Positions 1-9,351 of a stretch of DNA of 32,972 nt are shown piece by piece (the stretch's first letter is position 1; every line of letters begins with the position of its first letter). This DNA comes from Chthoniobacteraceae bacterium (GTDB taxonomy: Bacteria > Verrucomicrobiota > Verrucomicrobiia > Chthoniobacterales > Chthoniobacteraceae), in assembly GCA_040081625.1 (NCBI GenBank), contig JBEBGD010000062.1, positions 1 through 32,972 of the forward strand, given 5' to 3'. The translations under genes and the position numbers were made by a program. Below the pieces are notes generated by a model, which did not search any database, had not been told where the DNA came from, and was given only the letters and a program-made list of their open reading frames with translations.

Positions 1-1923
1 GGCAAACACGAACGAAAGGTAGGGCCGCCGAGCCTTGGTCTGCTGCGCATCCCGGGCGATGCCGACTTCGCCCGCGAGCAATTCCGCCGCGCCGTGCCGC
101 ATCTGCCGCCGGCCCGCCCACCACATCGCGATCATCGCGACCACGACTGAACCGAGCGCTCCGCCGGCCAGCGACACGACATTCGCGTCGAACACAAACT
201 CACTCGTCCCCACCGCGCCGCGCCACACCGTCGCGAGCCCGCGCAGCACGAGCTTCGTGTAAAAGACCGCGCCCACGCAGCCGAGCAATGTGCCGAGCAC
301 AGCCAGCAGCGCGCCTTCGCCGAGCATCAGCCGGCGCACCATCCGAGGAGGCAGTCCGAGCGCGAGCAGCGTGCCGGCTTCCGCGCTCCGCTGCTCGAGA
401 GTGAAGACGAAGAGCAGCCCCGTGAGCACGGCCGCCGCTGCGATGAGGAAGAATGAGAAGCTCACGAAGAGCTGGCCGAAATCGACGGGCGCATCGGTGG
501 CCGCGAGCGCCTGCGCGCGCAGCGGCGTGAACTGAAACCCGAGCATTTCCAGCTTGAGCGCGGAGCGGATGTCCGACGCGAGCGCGGTGTCGGATTTCGC
601 CGCCGGGTAGCGGATCGAAGTCACGCCGCCCCATCGATTGCTCCACATCTGCTGGCCGACGCGCAGGTTCACGAACGCCTTCGGCGTGCCGCGATGCTCC
701 TTCCAATACGCCTCGTCCTGGTCGCGAATCTTCGTGCTGTCGATCACGAAGCCGGGCTTCCAGTCGCGGCAGTTCTCCTTGTCCGTCAGCCCCGGAAAAT
801 CGGGCATCCACGAGCTGTTCAGCGACGGCTCGGTCATCGGCAGAATCTGGATCACCTCGAAGTCGCGCGACTGCTCGACGAGCTGCCGTCGCTCGCCCAT
901 CACGTAATACTTCACGGCGATCTTCCCGTTCAGCCTCACGCCGAGGTCGTCGGCGAGCCATTGAGTGATCACGATCTCGTCGTCGCTCAGCTCCGCGGGT
1001 AGGAAGCCGCTCGCCGGCGCATCGACCGCCGTCACCATCGAGTAAGGCGTTGCCTTGGCGCCCGCACGCAGCTCGTTCACGAGATAAGTCAGCGCATCGA
1101 GACCACGCGGCACGGCGGCGACGATCGTCGAATCGAGAAACACGCCGGGACTGCGCAGCTCCCAGCCGGCTTCGTTCGGTAACGCGCGAAGCTGGAGACC
1201 CGCGTCGGCGAGGTTCCACTTCGCGCGCACGGAATCGGAGAGAGTCTGCAGCGGTTCGCGCGAGAGGATGAGGTTCGCCTTCCCGGCGAAGCCGAGCCGC
1301 TCATGCAGAAAGCCGAGCGGAACAAAAACGGTGAACGGCGGCACCTGCCCCGCCGCGAGGCTGAAGCGGCCGAACTCCGCGTCCGGCACGATCCGCTGCA
1401 CCTTCGCGCGGATGGCTACGACCTCGCCCTCGTCGCCGGAGAGCGGCGCGTCGCGCGAGAAGACGCCGGGTTTCTCGACACGCAGCACGACGGTGTCGCC
1501 CGCGCGCACGCCGAGCTGTGCCGCGGCGCGTTCGTTCAACGCAAACTCCTCGCCCTTCAACGCCCCGGCGGACTGCGGCGCGAGGCTCCAAAAGCGATCG
1601 TCCGCGCCGATGAGCTGCACGGAGTTGATCCGCGCGGAGCCATCGGGAAGCGCCACGCTCCCGCGCAGGAGCAGCACCGGCGCGGCGTCGGCTCCGGTCT
1701 CGCCGGCGAGGTCGCCGCGGAAAAAGCGGTCGCCCGCCGTCAGCGCGGACTCGACCTTCCCGACACGCAACTCCGCCTGATGCCGCAGCGTGGCCTTCAC
1801 CGAATCGCCGACGAGCAGCGAGCCGACGAGCACCATCGCCGCGAGCGCGGTGCCGAGCAGGACGCCGAGATGCGTGCGCCAGTAGAACGCCACACTCCGC
1901 GCGATGATCACGAACGCACTCAT
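1..1923 (-). CDS. ABC transporter permease, FtsX/MacB-like (3' part runs off the window)
   Basis: Absent from the ORF track because there is no stop in the window. ATG at 1923 overlaps the ATPase stop (ATGA). It reads MSAFVIIARSVAFYWRTHLGVLLGTALAAMVLVGSLLVGDSV, and a later TM block reads FGQLFVSFSFFLIAAAAVLTGLLFVFTLEQRSAEAGTLLALGL, typical of FtsX permeases. Confidence 0.9.
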   Translation of the reverse strand, partial: MSAFVIIARSVAFYWRTHLGVLLGTALAAMVLVGSLLVGDSVKATLRHQAELRVGKVESALTAGDRFFRGDLAGETGADAAPVLLLRGSVALPDGSARINSVQLIGADDRFWSLAPQSAGALKGEEFALNERAAAQLGVRAGDTVVLRVEKPGVFSRDAPLSGDEGEVVAIRAKVQRIVPDAEFGRFSLAAGQVPPFTVFVPLGFLHERLGFAGKANLILSREPLQTLSDSVRAKWNLADAGLQLRALPNEAGWELRSPGVFLDSTIVAAVPRGLDALTYLVNELRAGAKATPYSMVTAVDAPASGFLPAELSDDEIVITQWLADDLGVRLNGKIAVKYYVMGERRQLVEQSRDFEVIQILPMTEPSLNSSWMPDFPGLTDKENCRDWKPGFVIDSTKIRDQDEAYWKEHRGTPKAFVNLRVGQQMWSNRWGGVTSIRYPAAKSDTALASDIRSALKLEMLGFQFTPLRAQALAATDAPVDFGQLFVSFSFFLIAAAAVLTGLLFVFTLEQRSAEAGTLLALGLPPRMVRRLMLGEGALLAVLGTLLGCVGAVFYTKLVLRGLATVWRGAVGTSEFVFDANVVSLAGGALGSVVVAMIAMWWAGRRQMRHGAAELLAGEVGIARDAQQTKARRPYLSFVFA

Positions 1924-2600
1924 GCGCGGTGGTCGAAGAGTTTTCCGTCCAAGAGCTCGACGACCCGGCCCATCCGGCGCGCGAGGTCGATCGCGTGCGT
2001 GACCATGATCACCGGCAATCCGCGCGAACGGTTCAGGTCGATGAGCAGGTCGGCGAGTTTCGCGGCGTTCATGCGGTCGAGCGAGCCGGTCGGTTCGTCG
2101 GCGAGGAGCAGCTTGGGCTCATTGATCAAGGCGCGCGCGACGGCGGCGCGCTGGCGTTCGCCGCCGGAGAGTTGGCCGGGGCGATGATTCATCCGCTGCT
2201 TGAGCCCGACGGAATCGAGCAACGCCTCCGCGCGCTCGCGGGTGCCGTCGCGCCGGGGCTGCGCGAGCGTGGGCACGAGCACGTTCTCGAGGATCGTGCA
2301 TTGCGGCAGCAGGTGGTGGAGTTGAAAGATGAAGCCGACGGTCTCGTTGCGAAACTTCGCCAGCGCCACGTCGTCGAGTCTGCCGAGATCCTGGCCGGCG
2401 ACGCGCACGTCGCCCGAGTCGGCGCGGTCGAGCGCACCGAGGATGTTCAAGAGCGTGCTCTTGCCGCAGCCCGACGGACCGAGAATCGCGACCGTCTCGC
2501 CGGCATCGATCTTCAGGTCGAGATCGCGCAGGACTTCGACGGAGTCGGTGCCATCCGGGGCGCGGTAGTGTTTGGTGAGGTGCGAGATTTCTACGAGCAT
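1920..2600 (-). CDS. ABC transporter ATP-binding protein (LolD/MacB-like)
   Basis: Walker A GPSGCGKST, signature LSGGERQR, Walker B LLLADEPTG, H-loop MVTH. ATG at 2600 (MLVEISHL) preferred over TTG at 2609. Confidence 0.95.
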   Translation of the reverse strand: MLVEISHLTKHYRAPDGTDSVEVLRDLDLKIDAGETVAILGPSGCGKSTLLNILGALDRADSGDVRVAGQDLGRLDDVALAKFRNETVGFIFQLHHLLPQCTILENVLVPTLAQPRRDGTRERAEALLDSVGLKQRMNHRPGQLSGGERQRAAVARALINEPKLLLADEPTGSLDRMNAAKLADLLIDLNRSRGLPVIMVTHAIDLARRMGRVVELLDGKLFDHRA

Positions 2601-2612
2601 GGATTCCAAGGG

Positions 2613-3833
2613 TTAGTCGATGCGGACCCAGCGCTTAGCTTTCATCTCAAACTGCGGCAATGTGCCCGCCGCGACTCGCGTGACTGGGATGCGCAGGGTG
2701 AAGGCGGCGGTGAGTGCGCGGGCGAGACGCGGTGCGGCGGTATCGTCGGGCGACTCGATTTGCAGCGCGAGTTCGGTCATCTCGCTGCGACGGCTGACTT
2801 CGACGCGATACTCTCCGATCTCGGAAATCGTGCGGACGACGGCGTCGATGGCGCTCGGGTAAATGTTCACGCCGCGGACCACGACCATGTCGTCGGCGCG
2901 GCCGATGATGCCGCCTTCGAGCGCGAGTCCGTCGGCATCGCGCGACCACTTCACGAGGTCGCCGGTGCGGTAGCGAAGGAGCGGCCACGCGCTGCGGCCG
3001 AGCGGCGTGAGGACGAGTTCGCCGATGCCGCCCTCGGGCACGGGCTGGGTGCCGCCGGGATCGATGACTTCGGCGAAATACGACTCCTCGACGACGTGCA
3101 GCACGCCTTCGCGCGCCGGGTTCTCGTAAGCGACCGGGCCGACTTCGGTGAGGCCGTAGTGATCGACGACATGCGCGCCGTGCCACGCGTGGCGGATGCG
3201 CGCGCGCACGGCCGGCACGCTGCCGCCGGGTTCGCCCGCGACGATGATCGTGCGCACGCTCGACGCGCTCAGGTCGATGCCTTCCGCCCTCGCGACCTCG
3301 GCGAGCCGAAGCGCGTAGGTCGGCGTGCAGAGGAGCACTTCGGCGCGGTGTTCGATCATCGACCGCAAACGCGCGGCGCTGCTCTGGCCGCCGCCGGGGA
3401 TACACAGGCAACCGTGCTGTGCCGCCGCTTCAAACGCGGTCCAGAATCCGAGGAACGGACCGAACGAAAACGCGAAATAGACGCGCGCACCGGGCGTCAC
3501 GCCCGCGGCGGTGTAGCGCAGTCGCCAGTTTCGCAGGAGCCACTGCCAGCTCTCGTTCGTGTCGAGGATCGCGAGTGGGCGCGCGGTCGTGCCGCTGGTC
3601 TGGCAGAAGCGCGTGTAGTCTCCGATCGGGAACGTGAGGTTCGAGCCGTAGGGCGGGTGTGCGGCTTGATCGGCGGCGAGGTCGGCCTTGCTCGTGAAGG
3701 GCACGCGCGCGGTGAAATCGGCAAGGTCGCGCAGTTCGCCGAATTCGCCGAGCCGCTGCGCGACGAAGCGATTTCGCGGAAGGATTTCCGCGAGCAGCGC
3801 ACGCAGGTCTTCGAGCTGGCCCGCCGTTTCCAC
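2613..3833 (-). CDS. Phenylacetate-CoA ligase (PaaK)-like aryl-CoA ligase
   Basis: AMP-binding motifs QTSGTTARP, DHYGLTEVG, LLRYRTGDL, GRADDMVVVRGVNIYPS and C-terminal KAKRW. Confidence 0.88.
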   Translation of the reverse strand: METAGQLEDLRALLAEILPRNRFVAQRLGEFGELRDLADFTARVPFTSKADLAADQAAHPPYGSNLTFPIGDYTRFCQTSGTTARPLAILDTNESWQWLLRNWRLRYTAAGVTPGARVYFAFSFGPFLGFWTAFEAAAQHGCLCIPGGGQSSAARLRSMIEHRAEVLLCTPTYALRLAEVARAEGIDLSASSVRTIIVAGEPGGSVPAVRARIRHAWHGAHVVDHYGLTEVGPVAYENPAREGVLHVVEESYFAEVIDPGGTQPVPEGGIGELVLTPLGRSAWPLLRYRTGDLVKWSRDADGLALEGGIIGRADDMVVVRGVNIYPSAIDAVVRTISEIGEYRVEVSRRSEMTELALQIESPDDTAAPRLARALTAAFTLRIPVTRVAAGTLPQFEMKAKRWVRID

Positions 3834-3839
3834 GTCGCG

Positions 3840-4415
3840 TTAGTGCCCGGCTTTCTGCTCGACGCCCGCCGGCTTTGCCGGTGCGCCTTTGTTCGATGGC
3901 GCGAACTTCGCGACGAGGAATCCGCCGCCAGCGGCGAGCAGGATGCCGAGCACGAACGGCAGCGGCAGTGACTTCAAGCCGCCCTCGGGCGGATGCACGA
4001 GCATGGCGACGATCGCGTTCACAACCGGCGCTCCGCCGAACACGATGGGCATGACTGCGGACGGCGCCGCGCCCTTCATCGTGGCCGCCGCAGCGCCGAG
4101 CGCGAGCACGAGCGTGAACGCGCCCGCCGCACCCGCGACGCCCGCGATGAAGCTCCACGTCACGCCGGGACCGGTGAAGCTGAAACTTGAACCGCGCATC
4201 TTCAGCACGACGAGCGGCCCGACGACGGCGACGACGAAGTAGGCGATGCCGACCCAGAGGAAGGCCTTGAGGCCGGCGTGCGCGGTCTCGGGGCCCATGG
4301 GCATGGCGCCGCGGCCGACGTGGAGGATGACGCCGTAAACTCCCCAGGAGAGGACGGTGAGGTATGCGAAGATGATCCAGTTCATTGATTTGGGTTTGGT
4401 GGTTGAGGTGGACAT
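3840..4415 (-). CDS. Small multi-pass membrane protein (DMT/EamA-like half unit)
   Basis: About five hydrophobic helices (LTVLSWGVYG, FLWVGIAYFVVAVVGP, VMPIVFGGAPVVNAIVAM). Alternative start at 4385. Confidence 0.75.
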   Translation of the reverse strand: MSTSTTKPKSMNWIIFAYLTVLSWGVYGVILHVGRGAMPMGPETAHAGLKAFLWVGIAYFVVAVVGPLVVLKMRGSSFSFTGPGVTWSFIAGVAGAAGAFTLVLALGAAAATMKGAAPSAVMPIVFGGAPVVNAIVAMLVHPPEGGLKSLPLPFVLGILLAAGGGFLVAKFAPSNKGAPAKPAGVEQKAGH

Positions 4416-4434
4416 TGGGTTTCGGAAGTAGGGG

Positions 4435-4890
4435 TCAGGCGTGCTGCCCGTCGTGGAGCAGTTTGACAGGCGCAGGCTGGATCGCGGCGCGCACGGCCTC
4501 GGGGATCGGCACGGCGCTGAGTTTGCCGGTGGATTTCTCGACGCTCGCGCAGACCGCGGTCACGCTGCCGCGCGCGACTTCGGTGCCGTCGGCGGCTTTG
4601 CGGAAAATGAACGCGTAGCGGATCGAGCGCGTGCGCACTTCGGCGACGAGCAGGTGAATCTCGACCTCGTCCTCGAAGCGCAGCGGCGCGCGAAAATCGC
4701 ACGTCGTGCTCACACGCGGCCAGCCGGTCGTGCTGACCGGATCGTGGCCGTGGATGGAGAAGCCGAGCGAGCGGAAGAAGGCGTGTTCGGTCACCTCCAT
4801 CATGCGAAAGAAATTCGCGAAGTGGACGATGCCGGCCATGTCGGTCTCGGCGAACTCGATCCGGCGTGTGAGCTTGAATTCGTAGGGCAT
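4435..4890 (-). CDS. Acyl-CoA thioesterase, 4HBT/YbgC hotdog family
   Basis: RIEFAETDMAGIVHFANFFRMME motif and CDFRAPLRFEDEV. Real start is MPYEF at 4890; the upstream extension in the ORF track overlaps the next gene. Confidence 0.9.
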   Translation of the reverse strand: MPYEFKLTRRIEFAETDMAGIVHFANFFRMMEVTEHAFFRSLGFSIHGHDPVSTTGWPRVSTTCDFRAPLRFEDEVEIHLLVAEVRTRSIRYAFIFRKAADGTEVARGSVTAVCASVEKSTGKLSAVPIPEAVRAAIQPAPVKLLHDGQHA

Positions 4891-4901
4891 CGGCGCGGTT
4901 G

Positions 4902-6206
4902 CTAACGTGCGGCGGGAATGGCGTCGATGCTTTCGCGAGTCAACGCGACGAACTCCCCGGCCATGTGCGCGATCGAGTAGTCGCGCTCGACCGCAGAGCG
5001 GCCTTTTGCACCGAGCGCGTGCGCCGCCGCCGGATCGGCGAACAGCTTCTCCCACTCCTCGACGAGCGACTCGGTATTCGCGGGCTCGAACAGCGCACCA
5101 GCGCCCGTCGCCTCGATCAACTCAGGAAACGCCGCGCAGCGTGGCTGCACGACCGGAACGCCGCTCGCCCACGCCTCGGCGATGTAGAGCCCGAACGCTT
5201 CGCCGTAGGTCGCCGGCACCGAGAGCAGCGTGCAGCGGCGGAGAAACGCGGCCTTCTCCTCGCGGCTGACGTTTGGCTGAAACTCAGCGTCAGCACCGCA
5301 GCCGGCCGCGTTCAGCTTTTCCTTCAGCGAGGAGACGTAGGACTCGTCGCTCGCCGTCACCGCGCCGGCGACGAGCAGCTTCGCTTGCGGGAAGTGTCCG
5401 CGATTTTTCAGCAGGATGAACGCATCGACGACGGTGCCGAGTCCTTTGCCGGCGATCATGCGCGCGAGGTAACCGATCGCGAGCGGAGGTGGCTGCGGCG
5501 CGGGTGTGAAATCGTCGGGTGCGATGCCGTTGGGGATCACGCGCAGTTGGACCGGCGCGAGTCTCATGCGCGCGCCCATGAGGTCCGCGTAGTAGCGGCT
5601 CGGCGCGACGTAGGCGGCGACATCGCGCGAACGCTCGGCGAGCGTCTCCCAGCAGCGCGTCCGCCACGGCTCGGCGAGCGAGTCGAGAAAGCTGTCCTCG
5701 CCCTGCAGCGAGCCAAGCACGGGGATGCCGAGCTCGCGCACGATGCGCCGCGCGAGGCCGGCGAGCAGCGCGGTCGAGAGCCACACCGCGTCGGGTTTCC
5801 CGTGCTTCCGCATCCATGCGACGACTTCGTCGAGTTCCTTCGACTGGCGGCCGTCCTCGCCGAGGAGCATCGAGTGGGTGAGTTCGCCGATGTCCGCACC
5901 GCCGGTCTGGCTCGCGGCGCTGCCGGCGACGAGCTTGAGCAGCCAGCGTTGGTTGAAGATCGCGTCGAACCAGCGCGGCGTGTGGCGGAAGAACGCGAAC
6001 TTCTGCTGCAAATAAACGTTGATGCCGCCGAAGAAGATCGGCGTGTCCGGCGACGCGGGCGTCTCATCGAGCGCGAGCGGCAGATACATCGGGAGCATCA
6101 CGGCGTCGTGGCCCTGCCGGTGGAGTTCCTTCGCGAGCGCGTTGTCGCGCATGCACACGCCGCAGTGGTAGCTGCCGGTGCCCGGCGTGAGCAGGAAGAT
6201 CTTCAT
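4902..6206 (-). CDS. Glycosyltransferase family 4 (GT-B)
   Basis: MKIFLLTPG start in ATGA overlap with the upstream stop; VIPNGI, IGYLARMIAGKGL and the GT4 signature EAFGLYIAEAWASGVPVV. Confidence 0.9.
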   Translation of the reverse strand: MKIFLLTPGTGSYHCGVCMRDNALAKELHRQGHDAVMLPMYLPLALDETPASPDTPIFFGGINVYLQQKFAFFRHTPRWFDAIFNQRWLLKLVAGSAASQTGGADIGELTHSMLLGEDGRQSKELDEVVAWMRKHGKPDAVWLSTALLAGLARRIVRELGIPVLGSLQGEDSFLDSLAEPWRTRCWETLAERSRDVAAYVAPSRYYADLMGARMRLAPVQLRVIPNGIAPDDFTPAPQPPPLAIGYLARMIAGKGLGTVVDAFILLKNRGHFPQAKLLVAGAVTASDESYVSSLKEKLNAAGCGADAEFQPNVSREEKAAFLRRCTLLSVPATYGEAFGLYIAEAWASGVPVVQPRCAAFPELIEATGAGALFEPANTESLVEEWEKLFADPAAAHALGAKGRSAVERDYSIAHMAGEFVALTRESIDAIPAAR

Positions 6207-7462
6207 TTCCTCGCGCGCAGGTCGTAGCAAATCACGCGCGGCTTGCCTTGGTTCTGGCAGACGAAGAGCCGCCCGTCGCTGAGCACCGGCGGTGACCACG
6301 TCTCCGGTGCGTGAAAGAGCTTCGCGTGAGCCTTCACGCTCGCGCCGCGCGGCGAGAGGTCGAGCCACGCGAGGTCGCCGTTTTCGCCGAGGCAGAGGAA
6401 GGCGCCGTCCGCGCGGACCAGCGACGCGCGCTGGAATTTCCCGCCGAGATCGTCGCGCCACAGTTCCTTGCCGGTCGCGACGTCGTAGCACGCGAACTCC
6501 GCATTCTGCTGGTGCATCCCGGCGGCGGCGTAGAGATGCCCGGCGTGTGGCACGGCGCTGACGAGGTAGGTGTCGAACTTCGGCGCGCGCCACGCGACCT
6601 GTGCGGAGAAGTCGGGCGCGATCTCCACGCACAAGCCGCCCTCGGTGTAGCCGTCGGCGATGAAGATGCGGTTCCCGACGACGACCGGCGACGACACGCT
6701 CACGCTCGCAAACATCGTCGCGCGATGCGGCGTGGCGCTGAGCACTTCGCCGGACTTCGCGTCGATCACGAGCAGGCCGCCCGTCGGCGGATCGTCCATG
6801 CCGCCCTGGAAGGCGAGCACGCACTCGCGCCCGTGCAGCGTGGCGGGCACGGGCGACGCGTAGCTCGAACCCCACGCGTGTTTCGCCGCCCACATCTCTT
6901 TGCCGGTCGCAGCGTCGAGCGCGACGACAGATTTGCCGTCCGCGGTGCCGAGCGGAACGATGAGCTTGTCGCCGAGCGCGAGCGGCGTTCCGCCTTGCCC
7001 GAAGAAAGTCGGCAGCAGCTTGTAATCGCTCGCGAGATCGCGCTTCCAGACGAGCGTGCCGGTCGCGAAATCCACGCAGTGCAGCGCGCCGCCCGCGCCG
7101 AGTGTGAAGACGCGTCCGCCCGCGATCGTGGGATTCGATTTCGGTCCCGGGCCGGAGCCGTATTGCGCGATCGATTTCGCCGGATAGGCGAAACGCCACG
7201 TCCGCGCGCCGGTCGCCGCGTCGAGGGCGTCGATGATTTCCTCCCCGGCCTCGGCGTGAAAGATGATCGCGCGACCGCCGCTGACCACCGGCGTGGAATG
7301 GCCGGCGCCCTTCGCGTATTCCCAGAGCTTCGGCGGGCCGTCGTTCGGCCACTCGTGGAGCAGCGCGGATTCGGTGGAAGTGTTGTTGTAGTTCGGCCCG
7401 AGAAAGTGCGGCCACTCCGCTGCGCCAGCCGTCGCGACTAGTGCGATGAGCAGAAGCCTCAC
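6203..7462 (-). CDS. Secreted PQQ-binding-like beta-propeller repeat protein
   Basis: GTG start in GTGA overlap with the upstream stop; signal peptide followed by EWPHFLGPN; repeated LDAATG..W blades. Confidence 0.88.
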   Translation of the reverse strand: MRLLLIALVATAGAAEWPHFLGPNYNNTSTESALLHEWPNDGPPKLWEYAKGAGHSTPVVSGGRAIIFHAEAGEEIIDALDAATGARTWRFAYPAKSIAQYGSGPGPKSNPTIAGGRVFTLGAGGALHCVDFATGTLVWKRDLASDYKLLPTFFGQGGTPLALGDKLIVPLGTADGKSVVALDAATGKEMWAAKHAWGSSYASPVPATLHGRECVLAFQGGMDDPPTGGLLVIDAKSGEVLSATPHRATMFASVSVSSPVVVGNRIFIADGYTEGGLCVEIAPDFSAQVAWRAPKFDTYLVSAVPHAGHLYAAAGMHQQNAEFACYDVATGKELWRDDLGGKFQRASLVRADGAFLCLGENGDLAWLDLSPRGASVKAHAKLFHAPETWSPPVLSDGRLFVCQNQGKPRVICYDLRARK

Positions 7463-8799
7463 GCGGCGACGTGAGCCGGGGCGCGGCCGTGAGAGAGTTC
7501 CGGAGGCAGCTCCGCGAACTCGCGCATCGCGGCGTGGAGATCGGTGAAGTCGGGATCGAACAGATCCCCGATGAGCGAGTCGGTGAGCCGGCCTTTCTCG
7601 GCAGGGAATGCCTTGATCATTTTGCCGAACGAAAAATTCTCGTCGTAGAACGCATACACGAGCTTGCGCATGTTCTCGATGCCGCGGCAAAGATGTTCGC
7701 CGTAGTCGGCGAAACGTTCGGCGCTCGTGTCGCCCGCGGCGAGCGCTGCATCGACGGCGTCGGCAGCCATCTCGCCGCTCTTGAGCGCGAGGAAGACGCC
7801 GCTCGAGAAGACCGGATCGAGAAAGGCGAACGCATCGCCGGCGAGCAACAGCCCGTCCGCGGCGCAGTGCTTCGAGCGGTAGCTGAACTCACTCGTGACC
7901 CAGTATTCGCCGAACTGCTCGCCTTGCGAGAGGTGGTCCTTGATCCACGCGTTGCGACCGATCTCGCGCGCGAGGATCGCGCCCAACATCTCCTTCTGCT
8001 TCTTCCTCTTCATCTGCTTCTCGTCCGCAGCCTCGTTCTTGGAATCGGAAGCAGATGAAGAAGCAGAAGCAGAGTTCGGCGTTCCGCCGAAGAGGTAGTC
8101 CTTCTCCGCGACGACGCCGACGCTGATGATGTCGTCCTTGAGCGGGATATACCAAAACCAGCCGCGGCCTTCGACGTAGGCGACCGTCGTGTTGCCCTCG
8201 TCGATTCCGGGATCGCGCTTTGCGCCGCGGAAATACGTCCAGATGGCGAGCTTGTTGAGCTGCGGATCGCGAACGCGCCAGCCGTCCTTCGCCGTCGCGA
8301 TCTGCTCGCGGCCGGAGCAGTCGATCGTCACCGGCGCATGGACCTGAAAGACGGCGCCGTCCTTGGACTTCGCCTCGACGCCGATGACGCGATCGCCGTC
8401 CTTGAGCACGCGGAGCACGGGCGTCTCCTCGCGCACCTCCGCGCCCTTCGAGCGCGCGTGGTCGAGCATCATCATGTCGAACTCCGCGCGCTCGATCTGC
8501 CACGTCACCGCGCTCGGATGATCGTAGTGCTGGAAGAAGTAGAACGGCTGCGACTGGCGGCCGTCGGCGGTGACGAACTGGACGCTGTGCTTCTTCGTGA
8601 AGGCACGCTGGTGCATCTGTTCGACGAGGCCGAGTCGGTTCAGTGTGAACCAGCAGAACGGCATGAGCGATTCGCCGATGTGGTAGCGCGGGAACTTTTC
8701 CTTCTCCAGCACGAGCACGCGCCGGCCTTTCTCCGCGAGCAGCGCCGCGGCGGTCGAGCCGGCGGGGCCGGCGCCGATGATGATCACGTCGTAACTCAT
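7459..8799 (-). CDS. FAD-dependent oxidoreductase of the flavin-dependent halogenase (PltA/CndH-like) / GGR superfamily, with an in-frame repeat insertion
   Basis: GAGPAG dinucleotide motif, FPRYHIGESL, WxWxIP motif (GWFWYIPL) and GDAFAFLDPVFSSGV. A low-complexity insert NSASASSSASDSKNEAADEKQMKRKKQKE is encoded by a palindrome. Confidence 0.88.
   Translation of the reverse strand: MSYDVIIIGAGPAGSTAAALLAEKGRRVLVLEKEKFPRYHIGESLMPFCWFTLNRLGLVEQMHQRAFTKKHSVQFVTADGRQSQPFYFFQHYDHPSAVTWQIERAEFDMMMLDHARSKGAEVREETPVLRVLKDGDRVIGVEAKSKDGAVFQVHAPVTIDCSGREQIATAKDGWRVRDPQLNKLAIWTYFRGAKRDPGIDEGNTTVAYVEGRGWFWYIPLKDDIISVGVVAEKDYLFGGTPNSASASSSASDSKNEAADEKQMKRKKQKEMLGAILAREIGRNAWIKDHLSQGEQFGEYWVTSEFSYRSKHCAADGLLLAGDAFAFLDPVFSSGVFLALKSGEMAADAVDAALAAGDTSAERFADYGEHLCRGIENMRKLVYAFYDENFSFGKMIKAFPAEKGRLTDSLIGDLFDPDFTDLHAAMREFAELPPELSHGRAPAHVAA
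7989..8073. repeat. Palindromic GAAGCAGATGAA-family element inside the CDS
   Basis: Left arm 7989-8020 tctccttctgcttcttcctcttcatctgcttc matches the reverse complement of 9778-9809 at 31/32. Right arm is 8048-8073 gaagcagatgaagaagcagaagcaga. Confidence 0.9.
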
Positions 8800-9344
8800 G
8801 GGCGCAGCACTTCGACGATGCGCGCGAGGACGGTGCCGTCATCGCCGATGAGCGTGTTCGAGCGGCCGAAGAAAGCAGCGGCCACATCGACGCCGAAGAG
8901 CCTGCAGAGCGTCAGGTCCGGCATGACGCGCAGGAATCCTCGCGGCTCGCTGCGGTAGTTGATCCCGGCGCGATTGAGCAGGCCGCCGAGCGGAAGGCGG
9001 CCTTCGAGGATCTCCGCGCGCAGCGGTTCGTCGAATGCGGCGAGGTTGATTTCGTTCGCGCCGTATTCGACCGGCAGGCCCGTGTCCGCGGTGCAGAGCA
9101 ACACCTCACGGCGATAGGCCTCGGGCGTGCGATCGAGGTTGAGCACCCGCAGCTTCATCGGCGAGCCGTGGAAGGCTTCGAGCCGCGAGGTCATGTCGCC
9201 ATTGTGCACGAGCAGGTCGCGATACGGCTGCGGCATCGCATCGCCATCGATCACCTCGATGATCGGCAGCGGGCGCTGGTCGCGCTCGCGGAAAAGCGAG
9301 AGCGGGTGGAGCAGTTCGAGGTTTCGGGCGTGATCAGCGGTCAT
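8796..9344 (-). CDS. Chorismate pyruvate-lyase (UbiC/DUF98, UTRA-fold)-like protein
   Basis: LLVHNGDMTSRLEAFHG, YRREVLL, PVEYGA, PLGGLL, GRSNTL and LARIVEVL resemble the chorismate-lyase fold. GAAGGAG SD lies upstream of ATG 9344. Confidence 0.65.
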   Translation of the reverse strand: MTADHARNLELLHPLSLFRERDQRPLPIIEVIDGDAMPQPYRDLLVHNGDMTSRLEAFHGSPMKLRVLNLDRTPEAYRREVLLCTADTGLPVEYGANEINLAAFDEPLRAEILEGRLPLGGLLNRAGINYRSEPRGFLRVMPDLTLCRLFGVDVAAAFFGRSNTLIGDDGTVLARIVEVLRP

Positions 9345-9351
9345 GTTCTCG

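Noticed and set aside
1929..3971. 680-aa plus-strand ORF and other long ORFs opposite the operon
   Set aside because: Antisense shadows of well-supported minus-strand genes.
4902..7415. 837-aa GT4 ORF; likewise the long N-terminal extensions of 12690-14687, 6203-7690, 25031-25798 and 31120-32748
   Set aside because: The extensions are Arg/Ala/Pro-rich off-frame reads of upstream genes. True starts are marked by ATGA/GTGA coupling or by family N-termini.
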